From assembly GCA_001805445.1 (NCBI GenBank), contig MHGF01000003.1, positions 54,736 through 118,735 of the forward strand: a stretch of DNA of 64,000 nucleotides, given 5' to 3'. The notes below the pieces were generated by a model, which was not told the DNA's origin, did not search any database, and saw only the letters and a program-made list of their open reading frames with translations. Both the position numbers and the translations under genes were made by a program. Positions within the stretch are counted from its first letter, which is position 1. Every line of letters begins with the position of its first letter. The DNA comes from Omnitrophica WOR_2 bacterium GWF2_43_52 (lineage in GTDB: Bacteria; Omnitrophota; Gorgyraeia; Gygaellales; UBA12090). Shown piece after piece: positions 17,326 through 27,104 of the stretch.

Positions 17326-18323
17326 GTGCCCCGGTAATTCTTAACGACGGCTCTATGCATCTTTCCTTTGGGAGAAATTGCGTAAATAAATTTATCCGCT
17401 ATAGCGCACCTTTATTTGTAAAAGCCATGCTGGCGCGCAAGAAATATATTGCCCCGATTTTCTCACGCGACCTATACGCGCGCATTGAATTAACTAATGC
17501 CTGTAACTATCGATGTTCATTTTGCCCCCACGGCAGTATGAAGCGCAAACTTGGCATTATGGATAATGTTTTGTACAGAAAAATTATCGACGATTGCCTC
17601 GCCAGCGGTATCCGTAAAATAAATTTGACAAGTTACGGTGAGTCGTTGTTAGACCCGGATGTGCTGGAAAAAATAAGATATGCAAAAGAGACGGGGGCTG
17701 ACTACGTTTATCTTACTACCAATGGCTCGCTTCTTGATCAAGAAAAGTCTAAAGCAGTTATCGCGCTTGGAGTTGATGAAGTGCGCGTTAGTATCGACGC
17801 GATATCAGCGGATGAATATTCAGAGGTGCGCTCTGAATACAATTACGATACCGTTTTAAAGAATATTTCGTTTTTGCTCCAAGCCAAAAAAGCAGACAAA
17901 TCCAAAACGCCGATTGTAACAGTATGTTTTATTCAACGCCGGGACAATGAAAAAGATGCAAAAGAATTTATAAAAAACTGGGAAGAGAAAGCCGACGTGA
18001 TACATTTGCAGGCTTTCCATAATTGGGCGGCACGTATTGAAGATAAGGAACCGGGCTCCTTTGTCCCCTGTAAACGCCTATGGTATACCTTAAATATTTT
18101 TTGGGACGGCCGTGTAGGGTTATGTTGCGCGGATACAGAAGGCCAATATATTCTGGGAGATTTTCGTTATAATTCTTTAACGGAAATCTGGAATGGTGAG
18201 AAATTTCAGGAGGCACGAAAGCGTAATTTACATAATGATAAGGATTTTATTTGCAGCCGCTGTAGTCTTCCAATGCGAGATAGCATGCTTTGGATAAAAA
18301 AGATGCTCACGGCAAAAAACTAA
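17322..18323 (+). CDS. Radical SAM enzyme with C-terminal SPASM/twitch-like auxiliary cluster domain, paralog A
   Basis: The Cx3Cx2C motif is 'CNYRCSFCPHG'. The C-terminal Cys cluster is 'WDGRVGLCCADTEG...CSRCS'. The size is 333 aa. Confidence 0.8.
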   Translation: MSAPVILNDGSMHLSFGRNCVNKFIRYSAPLFVKAMLARKKYIAPIFSRDLYARIELTNACNYRCSFCPHGSMKRKLGIMDNVLYRKIIDDCLASGIRKINLTSYGESLLDPDVLEKIRYAKETGADYVYLTTNGSLLDQEKSKAVIALGVDEVRVSIDAISADEYSEVRSEYNYDTVLKNISFLLQAKKADKSKTPIVTVCFIQRRDNEKDAKEFIKNWEEKADVIHLQAFHNWAARIEDKEPGSFVPCKRLWYTLNIFWDGRVGLCCADTEGQYILGDFRYNSLTEIWNGEKFQEARKRNLHNDKDFICSRCSLPMRDSMLWIKKMLTAKN

Positions 18324-18332
18324 CAAATACCT

Positions 18333-19424
18333 ATGGAAATTAAATTTATTGGCGCACGAATTAAAGAGATATGCCATAAGATTAAGAAACGTGGGGTGAG
18401 CTGGGGCATTAAACGCATGCTGGCGAATATGGGGCGTTGGTTAAAAGAATCGACACAAAGTGTTTTCTCATTTATTGCAGATGCCCGTCGTAATGGCTTT
18501 CGCTGTGCCTATGCTAATCGCAGTGTTGAGCGGCGCTTCCACTCTTTAATCAAAGAATCTTATTATTACAGTACGTTGCGGATTCCTGCCCCCTATCCTG
18601 TCCATGCCCATATTGAAGTAACTTCCTTATGTAATTTGACTTGTTCGATGTGCCCGCGCGCAAACCTGCAGAGGGAGCAGGGGGCAATGAGTTTTGATGT
18701 ATTCCGTAAAATTATAGATAAATTGGCATTAGCGCGCCTGCCCAATACTTTATTTTTGCATTTCACCGGAGAACCCCTGCTAAATGATGATTTACCGATG
18801 ATGATTCGTTATGCCAAGGATAAAGGTGTGCCATGGATAAAATTTAATACCAATGCCGTTTTTTTGGATGAGAAAAAAAGCATGCAAATTATCGACTCCG
18901 GCCTTGATTGCCTGGTTTGCGCCTTAGAAATGAATAAAGAGCAGGAGGCACTACTGCGTCCTGGCGCGGATTATGCGGCAGTCGCATCAAACATTGAAAA
19001 ATTCATGAAACTAAAAAAGAAATCAAAAGCCACAAAACCTCTTGTAAAGCTACAGATGCTGGTAACAAAAGAAAATCAAGGATTTAAAACTCAAGCGTAT
19101 AATCGCTGGAAAAATACCGTTGACCGGGTTGAATTCCACCCATTACACACCGTTGGCGGTTTAGTTGATGACTTAGGCGCAACTAATCTTAAACGTTCCC
19201 ACTGCGAGCAGGTCTGGGTTTCGCTTATTTTTCTTTGGAATGGAGATGTGGTGCCGTGTTGTTTTAACCATGATGCTTCCTTGCGACTCGGTAATATACT
19301 TACAGATTCGTTTGAGGCGATTTGGCACAATGACTTTATCAACAAATTAAGGGAGCAGGATCGCGTAGGCGTGTATTCGAATCCTGTTTGTCGTCGATGC
19401 ATGGTTCAAGGTGCGAGCTATTAA
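18333..19424 (+). CDS. Radical SAM enzyme with SPASM/twitch-like domain, paralog B
   Basis: The Cx3Cx2C motif is 'CNLTCSMCPR'. The C-terminal cluster is 'WNGDVVPCCFNHD...CRRCM'. It has the same 'W-[DN]-G...CC' signature as paralog A. Confidence 0.8.
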   Translation: MEIKFIGARIKEICHKIKKRGVSWGIKRMLANMGRWLKESTQSVFSFIADARRNGFRCAYANRSVERRFHSLIKESYYYSTLRIPAPYPVHAHIEVTSLCNLTCSMCPRANLQREQGAMSFDVFRKIIDKLALARLPNTLFLHFTGEPLLNDDLPMMIRYAKDKGVPWIKFNTNAVFLDEKKSMQIIDSGLDCLVCALEMNKEQEALLRPGADYAAVASNIEKFMKLKKKSKATKPLVKLQMLVTKENQGFKTQAYNRWKNTVDRVEFHPLHTVGGLVDDLGATNLKRSHCEQVWVSLIFLWNGDVVPCCFNHDASLRLGNILTDSFEAIWHNDFINKLREQDRVGVYSNPVCRRCMVQGASY

Positions 19425-19610
19425 AAAATGATGAGCAATGCTCGAAAAACCCAAAGTGAACGCTTCCTCATTTTTCGGGTGCAGAAGCATATAGATTTGG
19501 TCATTACAGCTATTACAGTTTTAACGGACTTTTAATCATAGCAAAAAACCATTTTTTTGCACCAGCATGGTCTTTTGAGGTAGTGTGCTCTAAGCGTATG
19601 ATTTCTACAC

Positions 19611-21083
19611 ATGAGTAGTGTTAAAAAGAAATTGTTTACAGGAAGTATATACAAATTCATCTCTAATATAATAGTAGTCGCATTAGGGTTGCTCACTTCT
19701 ATCGCAGTCAATCGCATGTACGGAAAGGAAAAATATGGCCTGCTTGTTATAGCCTTTACCATAACCAGCTTTTTCTCCGGATTCACCAACTTAGGAGCAA
19801 AAGCTACGCTAAATAAAATCATTCCTAAGCTGAAAACGAGCAAGGATAGAACACAGGATGTCACTGCTATCATTATTACCGGATCAATTTTAGTTTTTTG
19901 TGGAGCTTCTATTGTTGGGCTTTTGCTTTATCTTTCGAGGAACATTATCATAGGTTTTTATAACTTGCCTCATTTTTTGCCAGTACTTATAGCAAGTGTA
20001 TTCTATTTATTTTTCTTCTCTATTTTAGACTTCATCTTCTCGGTGTATCAAGCATTTCAAGATTGGGTTAAAGAGAGCTTGCTTAGCGTACTTTATCCCT
20101 TATTCTATTTAGTGCTGATAGGGATATCTTTTTGTCTATTCCGTAAAGGCATAGAAACAGTTTTGTATTCCAATATTATATCTGCGTTTTTTATTTCTGG
20201 AGTAGGTATTTTTTACTTAAAAGAACATCTCAATTTAAGAAAAATCAATAAATATGACTATGCTTCATTTAAGAGCACATCTCATGAATTTATAAAATTC
20301 GGAATTCCACTCCTTATCCCCCAGGCAAGCGCTTTGTTGGTAATGTGGGCGGACAAATTGATTCTTGGAAAATATGCAAGTATCGCCGAGCTTTCGTTAT
20401 ATTATATAGCGTATAGCTTCATAACTGGCTTGCTGATATTTATAAAAACAATATTCACTATCGCCATGCCTTATTTTGCCGAATTTCATACTATGGATTC
20501 ACTCAAGAATAAGTTCGATATTTTTTTCAAACTGAATATCTATTTATCCATGTTTATTTCTTTGTCTATGTTTGTTTTAATCGATCGTATTGTTACCCTG
20601 ATGTATGGAGGCGGATATGAAAAGGTGGGTTTACTTTTTAAATTTATGATCCCTCTTATTTTTATGAAGTCTTTGCTCTTGGCTCCTGCTGTTTTTATGC
20701 AAAATGTATATTCTATGGTCAAGGTAATTAACATTGGAGGCATTCTATTAGGCGCCACAGATATTCTGATGTGTATTTTTTTAGTGCCGCGTTATGGAGC
20801 TATCGGAGCAGTAGTGTCGGTTTTAGGAGCTCATTTTTTATATACTTGCTGGCTGTTCTTGCTAATCCCTGCTATTAGAAAATTGATTCCGTTTAGAAGT
20901 ATTATTAATGCTCTACTGATATCTATAGTATTGATATCAGTTTATTATTTGATGTTCGCGTTTAAACTAAACAGCATTCTTTTGTTACTTACAGTCCTTA
21001 CCTCATTATTCTTTATTTTTTTGTTTGTATGCCGTGAAGATCGTTTCATTCTGCAGATTGCAGGGAAGGCATTTAGGGCCTAA
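19611..21083 (+). CDS. Wzx-like polysaccharide/O-unit flippase (MOP/polysaccharide biosynthesis protein family), copy 1
   Basis: It is 490 aa and very hydrophobic, with about 12-14 predicted TM segments throughout. This is typical of the family. A second such gene at 51100 supports the call by context. Confidence 0.6.
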   Translation: MSSVKKKLFTGSIYKFISNIIVVALGLLTSIAVNRMYGKEKYGLLVIAFTITSFFSGFTNLGAKATLNKIIPKLKTSKDRTQDVTAIIITGSILVFCGASIVGLLLYLSRNIIIGFYNLPHFLPVLIASVFYLFFFSILDFIFSVYQAFQDWVKESLLSVLYPLFYLVLIGISFCLFRKGIETVLYSNIISAFFISGVGIFYLKEHLNLRKINKYDYASFKSTSHEFIKFGIPLLIPQASALLVMWADKLILGKYASIAELSLYYIAYSFITGLLIFIKTIFTIAMPYFAEFHTMDSLKNKFDIFFKLNIYLSMFISLSMFVLIDRIVTLMYGGGYEKVGLLFKFMIPLIFMKSLLLAPAVFMQNVYSMVKVINIGGILLGATDILMCIFLVPRYGAIGAVVSVLGAHFLYTCWLFLLIPAIRKLIPFRSIINALLISIVLISVYYLMFAFKLNSILLLLTVLTSLFFIFLFVCREDRFILQIAGKAFRA

Positions 21084-21142
21084 AGATTCGTTTCACCAGA
21101 ATCACTGCTTTTTTAAAAAACTAAATTAAGGAAATACAAATA

Positions 21143-22702
21143 ATGCGGCGTGTTATTTTAATTCATCCCTATTATAACTATTACGAAAGCTATCCGTTGG
21201 GTTTAGCTTATTTGAGTGCGGTGTTAAAGCAACAGCGAAAATGTGATGTCCAGGTTATTGATTGCTCGGCTCCTTTCAATCGCCTTACAGATAATGATGT
21301 TTATTCGATGATAAAAAATTTTAAGCCCGACATTATAGGGATATACATTAATGTTTATCAGGCTCTCAATGCTTATAAGCTTGCGGCGTTGGCAAAAAAT
21401 TTCGGCGTACCTATTATTGCTGGCGGCCCACACGTTTGCGCTGTCCCAGAGGAAGTATTAGGAAAAGGCTTTGATATTGCGGTAAAGGGGGAGGCAGAGG
21501 AAACCATTATAGATATACTTGATTGGCTCGATGGTTTAAAAAGGTTAGACTCGATCCCTGGGATTTTTTTTAAGGATGGGGGCAAGATACTGGCGACACG
21601 CGAGCGAAAAGGCCCTTCAGATTTGAGTTTGCTTCCCCTGCCAGACCATGATCAATTTCCCTTATCGCACTATTACAGCAGCGCCCAACAGGTAAAGAAA
21701 GAGTTTTATTTCAAAATATCTTCAAGCCGGGGGTGCCCTTTTAGCTGTATTTTTTGCGCCCTTGTGGGAGGGCATACTTTTAGGGCAAAGAAATCATCGT
21801 TAGTAGTTGAAGAAATAAGGCACTACGTAGATAAATATGGAATCAAGTATTTAACCTTTATTGATCCGGCTTTTACGGTCAGCCGGCAGAGGGTTCATGA
21901 ATTATGCGATCTGCTTATTGCTGAACCAAAGATTAAAATAAAGTGGTGCATTGATACGCGCGTAGATATGGTTGATAGAAACCTTTTACAAAAGATGGCG
22001 GCTGCCGGATGCACAGGCATAATTTATGGGGTAGAGAGTGGAAGCGATGAGACTCTAAAAAAAATCCACAAAGGATTTACTCTAAATCAAGTAAATCATG
22101 CCCTTGAGTGGACGCAAAGCTTAGGTATTTCCGTGTCTATTAATTCTATTGTTGGTTTCCCATGGGAAAAAAAATCCCATATTGAGGATACAAAGAGAAT
22201 ACTACGGTCTTACGCGAAGAAATTGAACCTGGTGCCGACGTATAACGTGCCGATTCCTTATTCGGGCACTTTGCTATATGACGAGTATCATAAACAGTAC
22301 GGATTTACAAATTGGTGGCTTGACTCTTCGTATAGTTATAATATTAAACCCATAAATGGCAGGACTCCTTATTTTTTCCGTGCCACCCCCTATCTTGACC
22401 ATTTTATGCTAAAAAAGAATTTTTTTAACTACAGTCCGCTATTCTCTCAGTATATTTACCGTACTTTAATCGGAAACTGTCTCTATATCAAAAGAGAAAG
22501 TGAAGGATGGTTGAGGACTTATTTTCTCTTTTTGATCGGTAATCTTTCCCTTTGCTTATGTAATATCAACCCAAAACTGGAATACATCTGTGTATCGTGG
22601 CTTGAATCAGAATCCCTGCGTTCTTTTCGCAGGTTTATCAATTGTTTAAGCCTGTTTATTAAAAATTTGTTCCACAGTGCCGGTTCCCGGAATAAAAAGT
22701 AG
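21143..22702 (+). CDS. B12-binding-domain radical SAM enzyme (class B), paralog 1
   Basis: The N-terminal 'ILIHPYYNYYESYPLGLAYLSAVL...IIGIYINV' is a cobalamin-binding Rossmann domain. 'GEAEETI' is present. The radical SAM motif is 'CPFSCIFC' (Cx3Cx2C). The size is 519 aa. Confidence 0.8.
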   Translation: MRRVILIHPYYNYYESYPLGLAYLSAVLKQQRKCDVQVIDCSAPFNRLTDNDVYSMIKNFKPDIIGIYINVYQALNAYKLAALAKNFGVPIIAGGPHVCAVPEEVLGKGFDIAVKGEAEETIIDILDWLDGLKRLDSIPGIFFKDGGKILATRERKGPSDLSLLPLPDHDQFPLSHYYSSAQQVKKEFYFKISSSRGCPFSCIFCALVGGHTFRAKKSSLVVEEIRHYVDKYGIKYLTFIDPAFTVSRQRVHELCDLLIAEPKIKIKWCIDTRVDMVDRNLLQKMAAAGCTGIIYGVESGSDETLKKIHKGFTLNQVNHALEWTQSLGISVSINSIVGFPWEKKSHIEDTKRILRSYAKKLNLVPTYNVPIPYSGTLLYDEYHKQYGFTNWWLDSSYSYNIKPINGRTPYFFRATPYLDHFMLKKNFFNYSPLFSQYIYRTLIGNCLYIKRESEGWLRTYFLFLIGNLSLCLCNINPKLEYICVSWLESESLRSFRRFINCLSLFIKNLFHSAGSRNKK

Positions 22703-22790
22703 GCGTTACATACAATGCCCCCTGTCCAATGAATGTAGCCTGGCAAAAGCACTTCAGGGCGCAAGGTATATAATCGAGAGGATACATTAA

Positions 22791-23513
22791 ATGCAATTTC
22801 AGGATATAGTCTCCGAGAAGTATCTTTCTACCGGTTTTAAGGAATTAAATACTGGTGATTATGACAGATGGATAGAATCATATGACCTTAATTACCAAGA
22901 TCTTATCGGATCATCTGATACTCAAAATATACTAGACATTGGATGTGGCATGGGGCACTTCCTATACTATTTAAAAAAAAGAGGTTATAAGAATTTTCTT
23001 GGGGTTGATATTGGCAGAGAACAAATAGAGCATTGCCGGGTTAAAGTAACTAATAACGTGAAGCGTGTGGAAAATATTTTTGGATTTCTCAATGAAAGAA
23101 AGAATAGTTATGATCTTATAGTGTTGAATGACGTGTTGGAGCATTTTAACCGTGACGATACGATCAATCTCCTGCAGCAGATCGTATGTTCTCTGAAAAA
23201 AGGAGGCAGGCTTTTGATTAAAACTCCGAATATGGGAAGTTTGTTTGCCTGCGCATCGCTCTCCATTGATTTTACTCATCAAATAGGCTTTTCAGAGATT
23301 AGCCTGCCTCAGGTGCTTAGGGCGGTCGGATTCTCAAGTATCGGTGTCAGGCCAGAAAAAATATACATTTCATCGAAAATTAAAAGCATGCTGTTTACTA
23401 TTCTACGAATGTTTTACTTTATGTTCCTGAAATTCCTTGTCTTTATTGACCGTCCAGGAGACAACTATCCAACAATTTTCTCTAAGAACATTATTGCCTG
23501 GGCAGACAAATGA
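22791..23513 (+). CDS. Class I SAM-dependent methyltransferase
   Basis: Motif I is 'ILDIGCGMGHF'. The post-I acidic residue lies in 'GVDIG'. Motif II is 'YDLIVLNDVLEH'. Confidence 0.75.
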   Translation: MQFQDIVSEKYLSTGFKELNTGDYDRWIESYDLNYQDLIGSSDTQNILDIGCGMGHFLYYLKKRGYKNFLGVDIGREQIEHCRVKVTNNVKRVENIFGFLNERKNSYDLIVLNDVLEHFNRDDTINLLQQIVCSLKKGGRLLIKTPNMGSLFACASLSIDFTHQIGFSEISLPQVLRAVGFSSIGVRPEKIYISSKIKSMLFTILRMFYFMFLKFLVFIDRPGDNYPTIFSKNIIAWADK

Positions 23514-24673
23514 AGCAGAGCCAGAAAACTATTTCTATTGTATATGTCATTGAATCATTAGAACGTGGCGGGGCCGAAGGGCTGCTGGCGAGTATTGTAA
23601 AAAAAATAGATAAGGCACGATTTTCTCCGGTAGTAGTCTCATTGTCAGGCAAGGTTTCTTTAAAGAGAGAAATAGAATCTGCCGGAATCCCAGTTTTCGT
23701 GTTGCATATGAAGGAATACACTCATTGGCTTTATGCCGTCATTAGTTTATGGCGGATTATCCGCCGTAAAAATGCCGATATTGTCCATACTCATCTTTTC
23801 TTTGCGAATATTTACGGAAGGATTGCAGCCAAAATATCCGGGGTTAAGCAAATTATAACAACATTGCATAATCCTGACTATAGCTTTGATAGCAAAGACA
23901 CCTTTTTTTCAAAGGTGCGTAAGGCTTTAGATAAATTCACCGGGATATACTGTAATACCAGTTTTTTTGCGGTATCAAATTTTGTAAAAAAAGATTATGA
24001 GAAAAATTTGTCGTTTCGCGCTATTGAAGTGCTTTACAATTGTGCCGAAACGATTCCTCCCTGCACTTCCCAAGATCCTATTTATTCCTCCAAAAGGGAG
24101 GAGCTGGGGTTTAAGAAAGAAGACCGGATTATCGTCAATGTCGGAAGGCTCTACGCGCAAAAGGGCCAGATTTACCTATTAAAGGCGGTTGCATTACTTA
24201 AAGAAGCTAGTTTCCCTTGTAAGGTGATACTCATAGGACAAGGCGGGCTTGAAGGGAAACTACGTGAGGCAGCAGTCAAGCTGAATCTTGAGAATGACAT
24301 TATTTTCTTAAGGAACAGAATTGATGTGCCAGAAATATTACGTGTTGCAGATGTTTTTGTTTTCCCTTCTTTGTATGAAGGTTTTGGCATTGCTTTGGTT
24401 GAGGCAATGCTCATCGGTTTGCCGGTAATTGCTTCTGATATAGAGAGTATCAGGGAAATAGTCCGCGATAGGCAAGACGGGATATTAGTTGAACCAATGA
24501 ATTCGGATGCATTGGCATTGGCTATTAAAAATATTGTTTCCGATAAGCCATTGAGCCTTTTATTAGGAGAGAGCGCTAAGCTAAGAGCGCACCATCTTTT
24601 TAATACAGAACGATATATCCGAAATCTTGAAAATCGCTATCTGGCATTGCGTCAGCAAGGAGGGCCATACTGA
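23510..24673 (+). CDS. Glycosyltransferase family 4 (GT-B, retaining)
   Basis: 'FPSLYEGFGIALVEAMLIGLPVIASD' is the classic GT4 E-x7-E region. The N-terminal 'ISIVYVIESLERGGAE' is present. Confidence 0.85.
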   Translation: MKQSQKTISIVYVIESLERGGAEGLLASIVKKIDKARFSPVVVSLSGKVSLKREIESAGIPVFVLHMKEYTHWLYAVISLWRIIRRKNADIVHTHLFFANIYGRIAAKISGVKQIITTLHNPDYSFDSKDTFFSKVRKALDKFTGIYCNTSFFAVSNFVKKDYEKNLSFRAIEVLYNCAETIPPCTSQDPIYSSKREELGFKKEDRIIVNVGRLYAQKGQIYLLKAVALLKEASFPCKVILIGQGGLEGKLREAAVKLNLENDIIFLRNRIDVPEILRVADVFVFPSLYEGFGIALVEAMLIGLPVIASDIESIREIVRDRQDGILVEPMNSDALALAIKNIVSDKPLSLLLGESAKLRAHHLFNTERYIRNLENRYLALRQQGGPY

Positions 24674-24674
24674 T

Positions 24675-25598
24675 ATGCCTGTTGAGAATTGTATCGTATG
24701 TAATAACCAAATCAAAAAAAGTACTTTATGGGGGGGGTATTTTTTTAAGGGCCAGCAATTTTCGCTTGTTAAGTGTAGCGGTTGTGGGTTCATGTTTTTA
24801 AACCCTTTTCCTGATATAACGTTAATAGATGACCTATACGCCCAAGACGATTATTTTGATGCTTATCATGCAACAACCGAAGGCATAAAGAGTTACATCG
24901 ATGGAATGCGTAGCTATAATTCTATAGATACAAATATAATAAATATCATCCACCGTTATAAGGAGCATGGCAGGCTTCTTGATATTGGGTGCGCCGGAGG
25001 GCGTTTTCTCCTTAATGCAAGAAACGCAGGCTTTGAGGTATATGGTATCGAACCAAATAAGAAAATGGCAGATTTTGCTGTTACAAAGCTTGGGCTTAAA
25101 GTATCCTGTGGAAAGTTGAGCGAACTAAATACTCAAAGCGGTTCTTTTGACATTATCCACCTATCTGACGTTCTAGAGCATTTGCCTGAAATAAGAAATA
25201 CTATGGAAATAATCAAGGGACTTCTTGCCAAGAATGGTATAGTGGTTATCCAACAACCCATGCTTTATAACAATTCCTTCTTTAACGCGTTACTACAAAT
25301 AAATATGTTGCTTAAGAGCGATAGGTACGCTCCTAATCCGCCTGCACATTTATGGGAATTTAATCATGCCACCCTACCCAGGTTTTTGAACAAGTCTGGT
25401 TTTGAGATTGTACAAATGGAAGTACGCGAGACCAGAGCAAAGCCGCTCTCTGCTTACGGTCAGAGTGTTTCAATAAAGAATAGAATCTCGCTACAGGTAA
25501 AGAATATCTCGTGTTTTTTGTCCAATCTTTCTTTTTTGAAGTGGCTCAAGCTTGGCGATAGGGCAATCGTAATTTGTAAAAAGCGGGAAACCGTATGA
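24675..25598 (+). CDS. Class I SAM methyltransferase with N-terminal Cys4 zinc-ribbon
   Basis: The zinc ribbon is 'CIVCNN...CSGCGF', two CxxC pairs. Motif I is 'LLDIGCAGGRF'. The likely ATG at 24675 comes 1 nt after the upstream stop. The track's 24627 start would overlap by 47 nt. A G8 tract lies at 24730-24737. Confidence 0.7.
   Translation: MPVENCIVCNNQIKKSTLWGGYFFKGQQFSLVKCSGCGFMFLNPFPDITLIDDLYAQDDYFDAYHATTEGIKSYIDGMRSYNSIDTNIINIIHRYKEHGRLLDIGCAGGRFLLNARNAGFEVYGIEPNKKMADFAVTKLGLKVSCGKLSELNTQSGSFDIIHLSDVLEHLPEIRNTMEIIKGLLAKNGIVVIQQPMLYNNSFFNALLQINMLLKSDRYAPNPPAHLWEFNHATLPRFLNKSGFEIVQMEVRETRAKPLSAYGQSVSIKNRISLQVKNISCFLSNLSFLKWLKLGDRAIVICKKRETV
24730..24737 (+). repeat. Poly-G tract (G8) followed by T7 near the 5' end of the zinc-ribbon methyltransferase gene
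   Basis: I read 'ctttatGGGGGGGGtatttttttaagg' directly. It encodes 'LWGGYFFKG' at about codon 18. Confidence 0.9.
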
Positions 25599-26296
25599 AA
25601 CTTTCTATAGTGATTCCGGTTTATAATGAGGTTAGAACTATACTTCCCTTAATAGAGCGAGTAAAACGGACAAACTTCGACAAGGAAATTATTATTGTAG
25701 ATGATTTCTCAGAAGACGGAACGCGTCAATTACTTTGCGCTATAGGCGATAAAAATATAAAAGTATTTATGCATAGCCGTAATATGGGCAAGGGAGCAGC
25801 TCTTATAACAGGATTCAAACATGCGACTGGGGATATAATAATAATTCAAGATGCAGATTTAGAATACGACCCAGGCGACTATGGGAAATTGATTAAGCCT
25901 ATTGTGACTGGGGATTGCCTTGTCGTTTATGGCTCGAGATTCTTGACGTATAATTATTCTTCCTTAAAACAACATCTTTTTTATATAACACATTTTTTAG
26001 GGAATAAGTTTCTTAATTTTTTAACCTGTGTTTTATTCCGGACAAAAATCACAGATATGGAAACCTGTTATAAGGCGATATCCAGAGATGTCCTAAGGAG
26101 GTTACATTTATCGGCAAGGCGCTTTGATATTGAGCCAGAGATTACTGCACAACTATTAAATATGAAAATAAAGATTACGGAAGTTCCAATTTCATATACC
26201 CCGAGAGATTATAAGCAAGGCAAAAAAATCTCGTGGCGTGATGGATTGGCAGCGATGTTCATTTTATTGAAATATAGAGTAAGAGGCAGGCGATGA
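25595..26296 (+). CDS. GT2 polyprenyl-phosphate sugar synthase (DPM1/GtrB/ArnC-like)
   Basis: 'KLSIVIPVYNEVRTI...IIIVDDFSEDGT...IIIIQDADLEYDP' shows the GT-A DxD and 'DAD' arrangement typical of dolichyl/undecaprenyl-phosphate sugar synthases. The size is 233 aa. Confidence 0.7.
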   Translation: MKLSIVIPVYNEVRTILPLIERVKRTNFDKEIIIVDDFSEDGTRQLLCAIGDKNIKVFMHSRNMGKGAALITGFKHATGDIIIIQDADLEYDPGDYGKLIKPIVTGDCLVVYGSRFLTYNYSSLKQHLFYITHFLGNKFLNFLTCVLFRTKITDMETCYKAISRDVLRRLHLSARRFDIEPEITAQLLNMKIKITEVPISYTPRDYKQGKKISWRDGLAAMFILLKYRVRGRR

Positions 26297-26399
26297 GCAC
26301 GGTTTTTCGGTTAACTATTCCTCATGAAGGTGTTGTAAAAATTGACGTAAAGAAACGCGGATTTCTTTCACGATATGGTTTGTCTAAATTATTTTTAAT

Positions 26400-27104
26400 A
26401 TGGGCGTAGTCTTTGATACACTATCATATATAGCAAAGCTCGATCGGATGAACCAGTGGGTCTATAGAAAAGTGAGCCCCTATATAGGGAATAGAATTCT
26501 GGAGGCCGGTTGCGGCAACGGCAATATTACGTCATTGTTGCTGAATAAAGAGTTAGTTGTAGCGTTAGATAACGATGAAGCAATGATAGAAGAGACCAAA
26601 AGAAGGTATCGAGGGAAATCAAACATCATCGTTAAAAAGTTAGATTTATCTCATGTGCCGCTTTCTGAGCTGAAAAGTTTTGGTTTCGATACAATTTTGT
26701 GCATCAATGCCCTAGAGCATATCCTAGATGATTTTCGGGTATTAAATAATTTTAATGCTGTTTTACGAGATGATGGATATTTTGTTCTCATCGTTCCCGC
26801 TTTTAAGGAATTATTTTGTTCATTGGACAGGGCAGCTGGCCATTACAGACGATATACAAAGCGTGAACTAACGGCTAAGATACTTGCTTCCGGATTTGAC
26901 GATCTTACACTATGTTACGCCAATTTTTTCGGAATCTTCGGTTGGATCGTAAACGGGATAGTCTTTAGAAAAAAACGGCTCTCAACGAGAATGCTTGCAT
27001 TGTTTGATTACTTTGTCCCTTTTTTTGAGTGGTTTGAAAAAAAATCAGGGCCTCCAGTAGGGCTCTCTCTTATTGCTGTTTGCAGAAAGCATAATAAAAA
27101 ATGA
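26400..27104 (+). CDS. Class I SAM-dependent methyltransferase
   Basis: Motif I is 'ILEAGCGNGNIT'. 'DTILCINALEHI' is motif II-like. The size is 234 aa. The N-terminus may be incomplete (see rejected note on 26294-26399). Confidence 0.65.
   Translation: MGVVFDTLSYIAKLDRMNQWVYRKVSPYIGNRILEAGCGNGNITSLLLNKELVVALDNDEAMIEETKRRYRGKSNIIVKKLDLSHVPLSELKSFGFDTILCINALEHILDDFRVLNNFNAVLRDDGYFVLIVPAFKELFCSLDRAAGHYRRYTKRELTAKILASGFDDLTLCYANFFGIFGWIVNGIVFRKKRLSTRMLALFDYFVPFFEWFEKKSGPPVGLSLIAVCRKHNKK

Noticed and set aside
19428-19535. 35-aa ORF (MMSNARKTQSERFLIFRVQKHIDLVITAITVLTDF) immediately after the second SPASM radical SAM gene, considered as a RiPP precursor peptide
   Set aside because: It has no Shine-Dalgarno and no Cys, Gly or Ser-rich core. 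It has no leader-like motif and no protease or transporter partner. It more likely falls in the non-coding 5' UTR/promoter region of the Wzx gene. It is kept as a weak note under the SPASM finding only.
26294-26410. Possible frameshift: a 38-codon ORF in another frame (MSTVFRLTIPHEGVVK...) runs into the start of methyltransferase 26400 across a T5 run
   Set aside because: The upstream peptide has no methyltransferase-like N-terminal features. ORF 26400 already has a plausible 36-aa region ahead of motif I. Without reads I cannot tell a true frameshift or pseudogene from chance. I treat the MTase as intact.
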